64,000 nucleotides of DNA from Alcaligenaceae bacterium. Its GTDB lineage: Bacteria; Pseudomonadota; Gammaproteobacteria; Burkholderiales; Burkholderiaceae_B. Of the stretch, positions 1 to 9,111 are shown in pieces. The stretch covers positions 9,295 to 73,294 of the forward strand of contig CANKOW010000001.1 of assembly GCA_947484295.1 (NCBI GenBank). Direction: 5' to 3'. The position numbers and the translations under genes are program-made. Below the pieces are notes generated by a model. That model worked only from the letters and a program-made list of their open reading frames with translations, did not search any database and was not told the origin of the DNA. Each line of letters opens with the position of its first letter. The stretch's first letter is position 1.

Positions 1-642
1 TTTCGTTTTTTACCAGACCACATTCTTGGTTCGCCAGATCCGTTGACGATTATTCTGATTTTGCTAGCGGCAGGTTCGCAAAAAAAAGCAGTCACTCTTT
101 ACATTTTTTTAGCTGGCTTGAGTCATTTTTCGTTGGCGGCCGTTGCGGCGATTGCCATGCTGCCATTGCATACACTGGCGATGCCGAGTAGCGAATCAAA
201 GCTGATCAAAGCCAAATATCTTTGTGCTGGCTTGGTACTTAGCAAAATCGCACTCATCGCTTGGTATTGGATGTTTGACTATCATTTGTTCAGCCGTTGG
301 GATTTTATTATTGACAAAGGCCTTAGTCATTTTTGGCAGTTATTCATTAACAATCCAATCGCATTTTTATATACCCCGGGTCGAGTATTTGGTTTGATCA
401 GCCTGCTGATCATGGGCTATTTATTATTTAAGCGTAGCTATGCAGCACTAATTGGTTATTGCTTTGCTTTAGCCGTTACCTACCTTGCACTTTTCATCAC
501 CTTGGATGGCTTACGAATTTTCTCAGTGGTCATCGTGGGTGCTTATTTTCATTTTCTGGTGTGCTGGCTCAATTGTCTTTTCAAGTCGCGCGACCAGTCA
601 AAAAGCGTTGTAGCGCCAGCGCTTAAAGAGGCAACGCAATGA
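1..642 (+). CDS. 5'-truncated polytopic membrane protein (possible GT-C-like glycan-modifying protein)
   Basis: Frame 1 is open from base 1 (FRFLPDHILGSPDPLTI...). Several hydrophobic helices. Stop overlaps the next start (ATGA). Confidence 0.6.
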   Translation, partial: FRFLPDHILGSPDPLTIILILLAAGSQKKAVTLYIFLAGLSHFSLAAVAAIAMLPLHTLAMPSSESKLIKAKYLCAGLVLSKIALIAWYWMFDYHLFSRWDFIIDKGLSHFWQLFINNPIAFLYTPGRVFGLISLLIMGYLLFKRSYAALIGYCFALAVTYLALFITLDGLRIFSVVIVGAYFHFLVCWLNCLFKSRDQSKSVVAPALKEATQ

Positions 643-2228
643 AGCTGCTGAAGCTCTATGCAGTACCAATCGTTTTGCTGATCGTGGGTTCGGCAATGTC
701 GCTTAAGATGTTTCCGTTGTATTCCGGCGGCGGCATTTATAACTCTGACCCGTCGTATGCCTATTTATTTAATGGGCTTTTATTGCTCGACGGGCATTCG
801 CCACATCATAAAGATCACCCAGGTACTCCGTTACAAATACTAATCGCCGCGCTCGTCTATCTTCAGTGGGTCTACTATAAATTAACGGGCGTGGTTGACC
901 CTGATGTCGTAGTCGCCGCCATGGCGCAGCCCGAGCGCTACTTATTAGTGATTAGTCGCGTACTGCTCGTGTTGAACGTTGCCGCAACCTTTTTAATTGG
1001 CAAACGGGTCTTCGACGCTACCAGGTCCTTCTATTTAAGTATCCTGTGCCAATGTTCACTTTTAACCTATGGATTGTTTGGTACAAAATTACTGTACCCA
1101 GCACCCGAGGCTCTAGTTGCGTTCTTCTCCTTGTGCTTATTGGCCGTCTTTATCCCGCTGCTCTTTGATCGCGTCGATGACTCCAAGCCACAAACCAAGA
1201 CTGCCATTCTTGCGGGCGTTATTTTTGGCATAGGCTTCGCCACTAAGCTGACCTTTCTGCCGATGGCCGGGCTGTTTTTGTTGTTTAAACGGCCTCGCGA
1301 CATTGCGCTTGCGTTATTCGCCACACTAGTCGCTTGGCTGATGGCCGTTGCGCCAATCCTCAAGAAATTACTGGGCTTGTGGGAATGGGTCTACAACATG
1401 GCGACCCACACCGGAAAATATGGCAGTGGTAGCAAGGGCCTTGTAGACACGAGTCAGCTGATGGGCAATTTAAAGGCCTTGAATCAGGCCTTTCCTCTCT
1501 TCTATCTGGTAATCGCGCTATTCGCTTGTTATTTAATATATGCCGGTTTCAAGCGTTTCCAGTCGAGCGCTAAGTTCCAACATAAAGCCTCTAATTGCGA
1601 CCGGGCAATTCTTGTTTTTCTCTTAATCTGTTGCGCACAGACACTTCTAGTGCTCAAACATTTTGGTCAGCATTACATGCTCCCAGTATTACCAATGGCC
1701 CTCGTGGGCACCGCTATATTGCTGAATAGATTGAATGACCACCATCCAGTTTGGGCCGCTCGCTCTAAGTGGCTAGTCGTGCTGGTCGTAGCTTATGTGG
1801 TTGCGCAATCCAATTATTCAGCGTTTGCGACACTCAAGGCAGAGCGCGTTGCAAATAATCGGTCGGTCAATCAAATTACGGCAGAAATTGCTAAATATCC
1901 AAACGCACTGACGCTTAGCAGTTATGGTTGCTACTTACGCCAATGTGGCTTGATGTTTGGTATCGAGTACGCACCCGCAATTGATAAAAAAATAAAGCCC
2001 TTTCTCCCTAATTTTTATGGGTTTAATATCTGGAACAGTATGCTGCTGATAGACGGGCACGGCTTCTATCCGCTCACCGTATTGCAGCCATTTTTGGCAG
2101 AAAATAGACCCATTTTTTTGGTGACGCAAAATGATTTTCCGGCCTTTGACGTTTTTGAAAAAGATCTCATTTTGACCGCTGCTGATCAAAAGCTTTATAA
2201 AGTGACAGGATTCACACGTTCTCAGTAA
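639..2228 (+). CDS. Multi-TM membrane protein, likely GT-C fold (ArnT/PMT/GtrII-like) lipid-carrier-dependent glycosyltransferase
   Basis: 529 aa with about 11 hydrophobic segments. N-terminal loop DPSYAYL..G...DHPG, TK motif (ATKLTF), soluble C-terminus. Next to a DPM1-like GT2. Confidence 0.6.
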   Translation: MKLLKLYAVPIVLLIVGSAMSLKMFPLYSGGGIYNSDPSYAYLFNGLLLLDGHSPHHKDHPGTPLQILIAALVYLQWVYYKLTGVVDPDVVVAAMAQPERYLLVISRVLLVLNVAATFLIGKRVFDATRSFYLSILCQCSLLTYGLFGTKLLYPAPEALVAFFSLCLLAVFIPLLFDRVDDSKPQTKTAILAGVIFGIGFATKLTFLPMAGLFLLFKRPRDIALALFATLVAWLMAVAPILKKLLGLWEWVYNMATHTGKYGSGSKGLVDTSQLMGNLKALNQAFPLFYLVIALFACYLIYAGFKRFQSSAKFQHKASNCDRAILVFLLICCAQTLLVLKHFGQHYMLPVLPMALVGTAILLNRLNDHHPVWAARSKWLVVLVVAYVVAQSNYSAFATLKAERVANNRSVNQITAEIAKYPNALTLSSYGCYLRQCGLMFGIEYAPAIDKKIKPFLPNFYGFNIWNSMLLIDGHGFYPLTVLQPFLAENRPIFLVTQNDFPAFDVFEKDLILTAADQKLYKVTGFTRSQ

Positions 2229-2307
2229 GCTAGACGAGAACGGCTTTACGACAATCTGCTACTGCCGGCCCGACATTCACTCATTCCATAAGATAACTTC
2301 CATATTC

Positions 2308-3759
2308 ATGAAAATCGACACCTTTAAAAAAGAACATCTCGATTATCAACACGCAAGGGCCGAGTACTGGGATCATGTGCACTCTGAGCCCGTGCAACGA
2401 TGGTCTGATTACTATCGTCAAAAGTTGCAGGCGGCATATGCTCAAGTCATTAGCCCAGGCGCTACGATTCTTGAATTAGGCTGTGGGCGGGGCGATCTGC
2501 TGGCGGCACTTGAGCCATCTGTAGGCGTTGGTATTGATTGTTCAGCGCTGGCGATTGAGTTGGCACAGCAGGCGCATCCAGCCTTGAATTTTCATGTGAT
2601 TGATGCTCACCAGCTTGAATCAAGTACTCAGCCCTTAGGCGATCGCACGTTTGATTACATCATCATTTCAGAGCTTGTTAACGACCTGTGGGATGTGCAA
2701 AGAGTCTTGACTGGCCTGAAGCGTTTCTGTGCCCCGCATACTCGGATCGTCTGTAATTTTTATAGTCACGTTTGGAATATTCCGCTGTCGATTGGTCAGG
2801 CGCTAGGCATTGCAACCCCAAGGCTTACGCAAAACTGGTTAGCACCAAACGACATGACAAATCTTCTTAGTATTTCTGGGTTACAACCACTGCGCACCTG
2901 GTCGGAGGTGCTGATTCCGATCAAGATCCCCTTTGTTTCAGAGTTCTGTAATCGATACCTTGCTAAGCTCTTACCATTCAGATTGTTTGATATGGCCAAC
3001 TTTACGATTGCAAGGCCGATGCCTCAGGCGGTTGTGCCACCCCCTAGTGTCTCGGTGGTTGTCGCAGCGCGTAATGAGTCAGGTCATATTGATGAGTTAC
3101 TTGCGCGCATACCCGAAATGGGTTCAAAAACTGAATTGATCTTTGTTGAAGGGCACTCAACCGACGACACCTATGCTGCCATCGAGCGTGCAATCGCCGA
3201 ATATCCAGACCGCAACTGTAAGCTGATCAGGCAACCCGGCAAAGGTAAAGGCGATGCTGTTCGCGCGGGTTTTGAGATCGCCGCCGGTGACATCTTGATG
3301 ATCCTAGATGCCGATATCACGGTGCCACCTGAAGATTTGCCCAGATTTTACGATTTGCTTGCATCCGGTGAGGGCGAGTTTATTAATGGGGTTCGCTTGG
3401 TTTACCCGATGGAGGGTAACGCGATGCGCTTTGCTAATTTATTGGGTAATAAGTTTTTTTCTTGGGCCTTTAGCTGGTTATTGGGCCAGCCCATACGCGA
3501 TACCCTATGCGGTACCAAAGTGCTGTGGCGCAAAGATTACAAGCGGATCGAAAAAAACCGCGCTTATTTCGGTGATTTTGACCCCTTCGGCGATTTCGAC
3601 TTACTCTTTGGGGCTGCCAAGCTGAACCTTAAACTTCTTGAGGTGCCGATCAGATACCGTGCCCGCCGTTATGGTGAGACGAATATTTCTCGTTGGAAGC
3701 ACGGTTGGTTGCTGCTGCGCATGGTTGCCTTTGCCGCGCGGCGGATCAAATTTGTTTAG
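2308..3759 (+). CDS. Bifunctional class I SAM methyltransferase / GT2 (DPM1/GtrB-like) glycosyltransferase
   Basis: N-terminal ILELGCGRG SAM motif. C-terminal VSVVVAARNE, GKGKGDAV, ILDAD (DxD), DTLCGTK, EVPIRYRAR. Confidence 0.85.
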   Translation: MKIDTFKKEHLDYQHARAEYWDHVHSEPVQRWSDYYRQKLQAAYAQVISPGATILELGCGRGDLLAALEPSVGVGIDCSALAIELAQQAHPALNFHVIDAHQLESSTQPLGDRTFDYIIISELVNDLWDVQRVLTGLKRFCAPHTRIVCNFYSHVWNIPLSIGQALGIATPRLTQNWLAPNDMTNLLSISGLQPLRTWSEVLIPIKIPFVSEFCNRYLAKLLPFRLFDMANFTIARPMPQAVVPPPSVSVVVAARNESGHIDELLARIPEMGSKTELIFVEGHSTDDTYAAIERAIAEYPDRNCKLIRQPGKGKGDAVRAGFEIAAGDILMILDADITVPPEDLPRFYDLLASGEGEFINGVRLVYPMEGNAMRFANLLGNKFFSWAFSWLLGQPIRDTLCGTKVLWRKDYKRIEKNRAYFGDFDPFGDFDLLFGAAKLNLKLLEVPIRYRARRYGETNISRWKHGWLLLRMVAFAARRIKFV

Positions 3760-3871
3760 GCGCATTCAGCCCAGTCTTGAAGGCTGTTGAGTACACGAGG
3801 GCTGTACGAGCGAGATCGGTTAACATTTCACCAGCGCACTTGCTGCCGACTTAGAGGGTTTACTGCGACAA

Positions 3872-4537
3872 ATGAATAATATTGTAAGAGCTCTAAAAGA
3901 GCAGGCTAAGCGCTTGGTATTCAGGCACACTAGTTTTGCAGCGCCAACTTATCGCTACAACATCGAACCCATTCAGCTCGCCACCTTAATTACCGAAATC
4001 GAGCGTTTAAAAAATGTTCAAGGCAATGTCGTAGAGATTGGCGTCGCCCGTGGTTTGACGACACGGTTTTTGGCGCAGCACATCAAAAACCAAAAAATGG
4101 ATCAAGCGCTCAAGCTTTATGCTGTCGATACTTTTGAGTCTTTCACTGAAAGCGATGTGGCGTTTGAGGTCAGCCAGCGCGGCAAATCGTTAGAGGCGTT
4201 AGATGCTTTTAAATATAACGATTATGAAGTGTGGAAAAAGAACTTTGCAGAATTTAAGTTTGTGGTGGCCGTGCAGTCTGATTGTTCAATCGTGGATTAC
4301 GATCAATACGGCCCCATTAAAGTCGCCTTTTTAGATGTCGATTTGTACCTGCCGACGCAAAAAACGCTGCCAAAGCTTTATAAGGCGTTGGTCAGTGGTG
4401 GTGTGATTTTGGTGGATGACGTGCTGCAAGGCACCGACTACGATGGCGCCTATCAAGCGTACATGGAGTTTTGCCAGACTATCGGGCAAAAGCCAGAAGT
4501 CATCGGAAATAAATGTGGTGTGATTCGTAAGCCATAA
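3872..4537 (+). CDS. TylF/MycF/NovP-type O-methyltransferase
   Basis: GNVVEIGVARG, DTFESF, FLDVDLY and GGVILVDD motifs. Confidence 0.8.
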   Translation: MNNIVRALKEQAKRLVFRHTSFAAPTYRYNIEPIQLATLITEIERLKNVQGNVVEIGVARGLTTRFLAQHIKNQKMDQALKLYAVDTFESFTESDVAFEVSQRGKSLEALDAFKYNDYEVWKKNFAEFKFVVAVQSDCSIVDYDQYGPIKVAFLDVDLYLPTQKTLPKLYKALVSGGVILVDDVLQGTDYDGAYQAYMEFCQTIGQKPEVIGNKCGVIRKP

Positions 4538-4555
4538 CCTTAATAGGTTGTTCGG

Positions 4556-5956
4556 CTAGCGAGACATCGCTCTAACGTGCGGCAGCATAATCTCGGCGGG
4601 CGAGGCTAGCTCAGTGGCTGCAAACGATTGATTTTGATCGGTCGCTAGCCGCGGCAATCGTGTAGAAAATACTTTAAGTATTGATTGCTGATTTAAAGTT
4701 TGGCATAGCGCTTCGGCTTTGAGTTTTGCCTGCACATATTGCTCAAAGCCCTCGGCAGGTTCTTCGATGAAACTTGTCGAAGGATAAAAGATATTGCACT
4801 TTACCTGTTTATCTCTCATTGCCTGACAGATAACCTGAAATCCAATCACATAAAATTTGTTGTATAGCGCAGCTAACTTTTCTGATTCTAAGGCAGTCCG
4901 GCCACGTAAAATTTTTGGTGTCGCGAAGTAATAAATCTGATTGTATTGGGCCAAGTCAAACGGTAGTTCATGAGGTGCATCAATTGTGTATTGAAGCGTG
5001 TTGCACACGCCACCAAAATTTCTAATCTCACGCGCCACATCGTCCGCTTCAACCGCGCCTTGGTGATAGGTGATCGTCACTGTACCGCCACCGGCCGCAA
5101 TAGTTTTGGCGGTTGCTTCGCCGATACCACGCGAGCCGCCAATAATGAGTGCCTGAACATTTGAAAATTCGTCTTTCGTTACCTGCTGCGCGATTGCAGA
5201 AATATGCAAACTCACCGTCGGCCTTGGTCGATAAAATGCCTCAGCATTTGCTTGAATTATGCGACCAGTGATCCCGACTGTCACTAGGCCAAAGCGTTCT
5301 TCGCTTTCAATCACCCCAAACGAAGGCTCTGCTTCACCGCTTCTAAACTCAAAAGTCAGTGCAGCAAACAAAGATTGCATCCCAGGGCATTCCATACCAA
5401 CGACATATGAACATGCTGCGATCTCGGCGATTGCCGCAACGCCGTAACAACGACAAAGTGACGGCAACAACAATTCAGCTTGCGACGGATCGCCATAGAT
5501 TTGTAATGGCTGTCGTGGCAATGTTGATGCCTGCGCAAAGGTAAGTTCTTTGGGCATCGAAACTGCATCGCCACGCTGCTCGACGGGTATTTCACGTTTG
5601 GGCGAAACCTCGGTTTGTAGCTGAACGCTGGCCCGCACAACCACCGTGTCACCGGATTTGATAATCAGTCGATTGCGGTCGTCCCAAAAGCAATCTACTG
5701 TTTCAGATAAAAAGATCGGCTCAAGAAATTTAATCTTGGCCTTACAAATTAAAAGTGAACGCTGATCGCAAAGCGACTCTAAGGCCCAAAGAAAGGTGTG
5801 TACGCCATGAACAATTGGTTGCCCGTAAAGTGTCTTTCGGGCAAAGACAGAATCCATATGAATCGGATTAATATCCCCGCAAAAGTCAGCGAATTGTTTT
5901 TGATCTTGTGGTGAAAACGTTTTTGAAGCGAGCCATTGCAAATTGTTGTCTGTCAT
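4556..5956 (-). CDS. MaoC-like (hotdog) dehydratase fused to an SDR ketoreductase (DH*-KR*-like)
   Basis: N-terminal FADFCGDINPIHMD...IVHG hydratase motif. C-terminal IIGGSRGIG Rossmann fold and YVQAK (YxxxK). Confidence 0.85.
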   Translation of the reverse strand: MTDNNLQWLASKTFSPQDQKQFADFCGDINPIHMDSVFARKTLYGQPIVHGVHTFLWALESLCDQRSLLICKAKIKFLEPIFLSETVDCFWDDRNRLIIKSGDTVVVRASVQLQTEVSPKREIPVEQRGDAVSMPKELTFAQASTLPRQPLQIYGDPSQAELLLPSLCRCYGVAAIAEIAACSYVVGMECPGMQSLFAALTFEFRSGEAEPSFGVIESEERFGLVTVGITGRIIQANAEAFYRPRPTVSLHISAIAQQVTKDEFSNVQALIIGGSRGIGEATAKTIAAGGGTVTITYHQGAVEADDVAREIRNFGGVCNTLQYTIDAPHELPFDLAQYNQIYYFATPKILRGRTALESEKLAALYNKFYVIGFQVICQAMRDKQVKCNIFYPSTSFIEEPAEGFEQYVQAKLKAEALCQTLNQQSILKVFSTRLPRLATDQNQSFAATELASPAEIMLPHVRAMSR

Positions 5957-6019
5957 GATCCGCGGTATCTCGGTTATGTTGCCTAAATAAACTTAAAGCC
6001 CTAACGCTGGCGACAGGTT

Positions 6020-7039
6020 CTATTTATTCTCAATAAGACTACGCAGTCGAGGGAGCAACTTTTTGGATCTAGCCTCTCTACCGATCGCATTGAGGTGCAA
6101 GGCAGAGTTTAAAAATAAAGCTCGCTCAAACACGACGTCCTTTATGTCATCAAGCACCGGCGCAACTGGTTTAAGCGTATCAGCAAACGTCTTAGAGACT
6201 GCATTGATCATCGTAGAATCAAGATCTGATCGATCGACGTAGGGGGTATGAATAAAGTAAACCGCAACATTCTTAGATCTTTGTTGCGAGACAAAATTTT
6301 CAAGTTTGCTTAAGGTATTTTTGCAAATCTTGAACGATTGGTCGGCTCGAGGCCCCTCACCCGTAAAACTATTTTCGTTCGTGTTTTTTATGTTCCCCAT
6401 AGGGTCTATGGAATAAACTGAGTACAGGTTGTCAGCTTTCACTTGGCCTGTCGAAAATCTGTTCAATACTGCCTCAGGGTTCAGTGCAGTTAGTCGTGGT
6501 TCCATCACGTTTGGGCGAAAGTAGATATCAAAGCGAGCCTGCAATATCTCAAGCGGAAACCTAAGCCCGAGTGTTCGAATGGCGAACAGGCGTTCTGGCA
6601 AGCTCAGTGCATTCCAGTAGTCGTGATTCCAAGCAATTGCATTTCTCAGAAGCCACTCATCAAATCCGCTGTTCTCTTCTCTGCAGTAGTAATCTGGCTC
6701 TAGTGCCAAAATTACTATATCGTGTGGCCTCGTGATGGAGTTGGTTTCTGATAAAACTGACTCTAACGCCATCCCACCCATCAAACCGTAATTGATCACG
6801 GGCAAACCCAATTCTTTTGACAAGTAACTTGTATCGATACTGAAGAGTGTGCTTGAACCCGAGGCAATCACAATCTTTTTTGTCGTTGAATTTTTTTTGG
6901 CAATATCTTTTTTGATGGTGAGAAGTTCTTGTACCCAGTACTCAGCCGCAATCGGAGTAGGGCCCAGAGCGGGAATCAATAAGACATAACCTGCCATGCC
7001 GAGCACTGCAGTACAAGCAAGGATGATCAGATATCGCAT
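6020..7039 (-). CDS. Membrane-anchored SGNH/DltD/AlgJ-like periplasmic acyltransferase
   Basis: N-terminal TM anchor, GSS block (IASGSSTLF), INYGL..G, C-terminal HLN..G. Directly downstream of the MBOAT. Confidence 0.7.
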   Translation of the reverse strand: MRYLIILACTAVLGMAGYVLLIPALGPTPIAAEYWVQELLTIKKDIAKKNSTTKKIVIASGSSTLFSIDTSYLSKELGLPVINYGLMGGMALESVLSETNSITRPHDIVILALEPDYYCREENSGFDEWLLRNAIAWNHDYWNALSLPERLFAIRTLGLRFPLEILQARFDIYFRPNVMEPRLTALNPEAVLNRFSTGQVKADNLYSVYSIDPMGNIKNTNENSFTGEGPRADQSFKICKNTLSKLENFVSQQRSKNVAVYFIHTPYVDRSDLDSTMINAVSKTFADTLKPVAPVLDDIKDVVFERALFLNSALHLNAIGREARSKKLLPRLRSLIENK

Positions 7040-7056
7040 TGGTAGACTAGGCTCAA

Positions 7057-8709
7057 CTAAAATTGGTAGTACAAAAATGTCGAAGGCTTATTAGTCGCCA
7101 TCGCAATAATCAACACCACAAACAGCAAGCCGATCATTATCGCGTTCGCTGAATTCAGGCGCCAGCTAAAGCGCGATGAAGTCGCCGTTAAACTAGCACG
7201 TTGTTGAGTCGATTTTGTTTGGTTTAAGTCCTCAGTCACGGTTTCAAAACGACACATCAACTGATGCATATTCGGAAGCCCCCAAACAATCGCCTGACCA
7301 AGCAAAATTAAAACGACTGCCGTTAGAGGATTCATCGCCAAGGTTTCGTTAGGCATGAGCCCTTGAAAAACAATGCTATTTGAAAACGCGTTAAAGGGTA
7401 GCCAGCCAAAGACAGGCTGAACAGTCAAAGGCAACGATAGCCCATTGAGGCCAGCCATACCCTTAAGCATCGTTAAGGCAGTGCCGACACTTTCTGCGCG
7501 AAAAAAAACTAAGGCCACCACGACGGCCACGTATGTGAGTGCGCAACAAAATAGGGTATACAGTGCACCTTGAGGCTTCCAACGCTTCTTCTTTTTTAGA
7601 GACTGCCAGCGATAGTTGATGATCATATAGAAGCCGTGTAGCGCCCCAAAAGCAAGGTATGTCCAGTTTGCCCCGTGCCAAAGTCCAATGATCAGAAACG
7701 TGATCATTGTCGGCAAGATCACTGTGTATATGTTCTCAACAAAAGGGGCTTTGCCAAGCCCCACACGCATAAACCTCATTGTGATTGGGGTGTAAAGGTA
7801 CTCATAAATATATTTGGTAAGTGACATATGCCAGCGTTGCCAAAACTCAATGACATTTCTGGCCTTAAACGGCGAATTAAAATTTAGGGGCAAGCGCACG
7901 TTAAAGATTAAAGAAAGGCCAATGGCCATTTCTGAGTAAGCCGAAAAATCAAAGTAGAGTTGCAAAGCGTAAGCAAGTGAGCCGACCCAGGCCTCAACTA
8001 ACATAGGCTCTTTACCTTGACTCGCTGAATTAAAAATTGGCTCAACAATTTCACTCAAACTGTCGGCTAAAAAGATTTTTTTGGCGAGTGCCAGCACAAA
8101 AATTGTGAGGCCAACCGAAATATTTTGCGCGTTAAACCGAAATACGTCGGGCTTCAAAAGCTGCGGCATGATTTGCTTATGATGTAGCAAAGGGCCGGCA
8201 ATCAGGTGCGGAAAATAAGTCACAAATAGTAGATAACGGCCAAGGCTTGCCTCTGCAGTAAGGCCGCGCGAAACATCTACTAAAAAACCGATTTGGGTAA
8301 ACGTAAAAAAAGAGATGCCCAAAGGCAGGATGATATCGAAGGGTACAAACTTGTTTCCAAAGGCCTCGACAAAGGCGCCAATAAAAAAATTACTATATTT
8401 AAAATAGCCTAAAACCAGCAGGTTGATAGAAATCGCAACAAACAAAATTCGACCGACGTAAGCGTCACTCGCATTACCCCCACTGGCCGTCTTGCGACAA
8501 GCCTCTAGCCATCTACCAAAATAATAGTTGCCGCCAATCGATCCAAGCAAAAGCAAGACAAAGGGCGAATCCCAAAAGCCATAAAACACCAAAGAGGCCG
8601 CCCCAAGCCAAAGAATCGCTAATTTGTGACTGTAGGCACCGATCCAGAACGTTCCGATAAACGTTAAAGGAAGAAAGACAAAAAGGAAGGGGTAAGAATT
8701 GAAAAGCAT
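7057..8709 (-). CDS. MBOAT O-acyltransferase (AlgI/DltB/PatA family)
   Basis: Typical start MLFNSY at ATG 8709 with an AGGA RBS. PLGISFFTF, FWQRWHMSL and GLWHGANW (catalytic His). Ends FLYYQF. Confidence 0.93.
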   Translation of the reverse strand: MLFNSYPFLFVFLPLTFIGTFWIGAYSHKLAILWLGAASLVFYGFWDSPFVLLLLGSIGGNYYFGRWLEACRKTASGGNASDAYVGRILFVAISINLLVLGYFKYSNFFIGAFVEAFGNKFVPFDIILPLGISFFTFTQIGFLVDVSRGLTAEASLGRYLLFVTYFPHLIAGPLLHHKQIMPQLLKPDVFRFNAQNISVGLTIFVLALAKKIFLADSLSEIVEPIFNSASQGKEPMLVEAWVGSLAYALQLYFDFSAYSEMAIGLSLIFNVRLPLNFNSPFKARNVIEFWQRWHMSLTKYIYEYLYTPITMRFMRVGLGKAPFVENIYTVILPTMITFLIIGLWHGANWTYLAFGALHGFYMIINYRWQSLKKKKRWKPQGALYTLFCCALTYVAVVVALVFFRAESVGTALTMLKGMAGLNGLSLPLTVQPVFGWLPFNAFSNSIVFQGLMPNETLAMNPLTAVVLILLGQAIVWGLPNMHQLMCRFETVTEDLNQTKSTQQRASLTATSSRFSWRLNSANAIMIGLLFVVLIIAMATNKPSTFLYYQF

Positions 8710-8841
8710 GGTGTGGATCCTGTCGTTCCGACACGAAAGCAAGGCGCTCAATATAGGCAAAGGCGCCGCGCAAAAGGTTAACATAAGCACCTTGACGGCC
8801 TGAGGCCGCCTCAACGTTAGCCCAAACACCTAGGATCCACG

Positions 8842-9096
8842 ATGAGTCAAGACCGACCAAGCATATTTGAACAGCTGACTGAAGTGTTTAGGGATGTGTT
8901 TGACGATGATGAACTGGTGATTGACGCAACAACAACGGCGCAGGACGTTGAGGGCTGGAACAGCCTGGCGCACATCCGGCTGGTTGTTTCTATCGAAAAG
9001 GCCTTTAAGTTGCGCTTTTCAGCGGCCGAGATTGGTAACTTAAAGAATGTGGGCGACATGGTTGAGTTGATTCTGCTCAAACAAGTGAACGCCTAA
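8842..9096 (+). CDS. Acyl carrier protein (FkbH-associated type)
   Basis: 84 aa, acidic. GWNSLAHIRL phosphopantetheine Ser motif; NVGD near the C-terminus. Confidence 0.9.
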   Translation: MSQDRPSIFEQLTEVFRDVFDDDELVIDATTTAQDVEGWNSLAHIRLVVSIEKAFKLRFSAAEIGNLKNVGDMVELILLKQVNA

Positions 9097-9111
9097 ATCC
9101 CATCCCGATGA

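Noticed and set aside
6891-7508. T8 (6891-6898) and A8 (7501-7508) runs as phase-variation tracts
   Set aside because: Short A/T runs coding ordinary Lys/Phe stretches; both frames are intact.
8710-8829. ORF-track N-terminal extension of the MBOAT
   Set aside because: MLFNS at 8709 is the family-typical start and has an RBS; the extension would fill the divergent promoter region.
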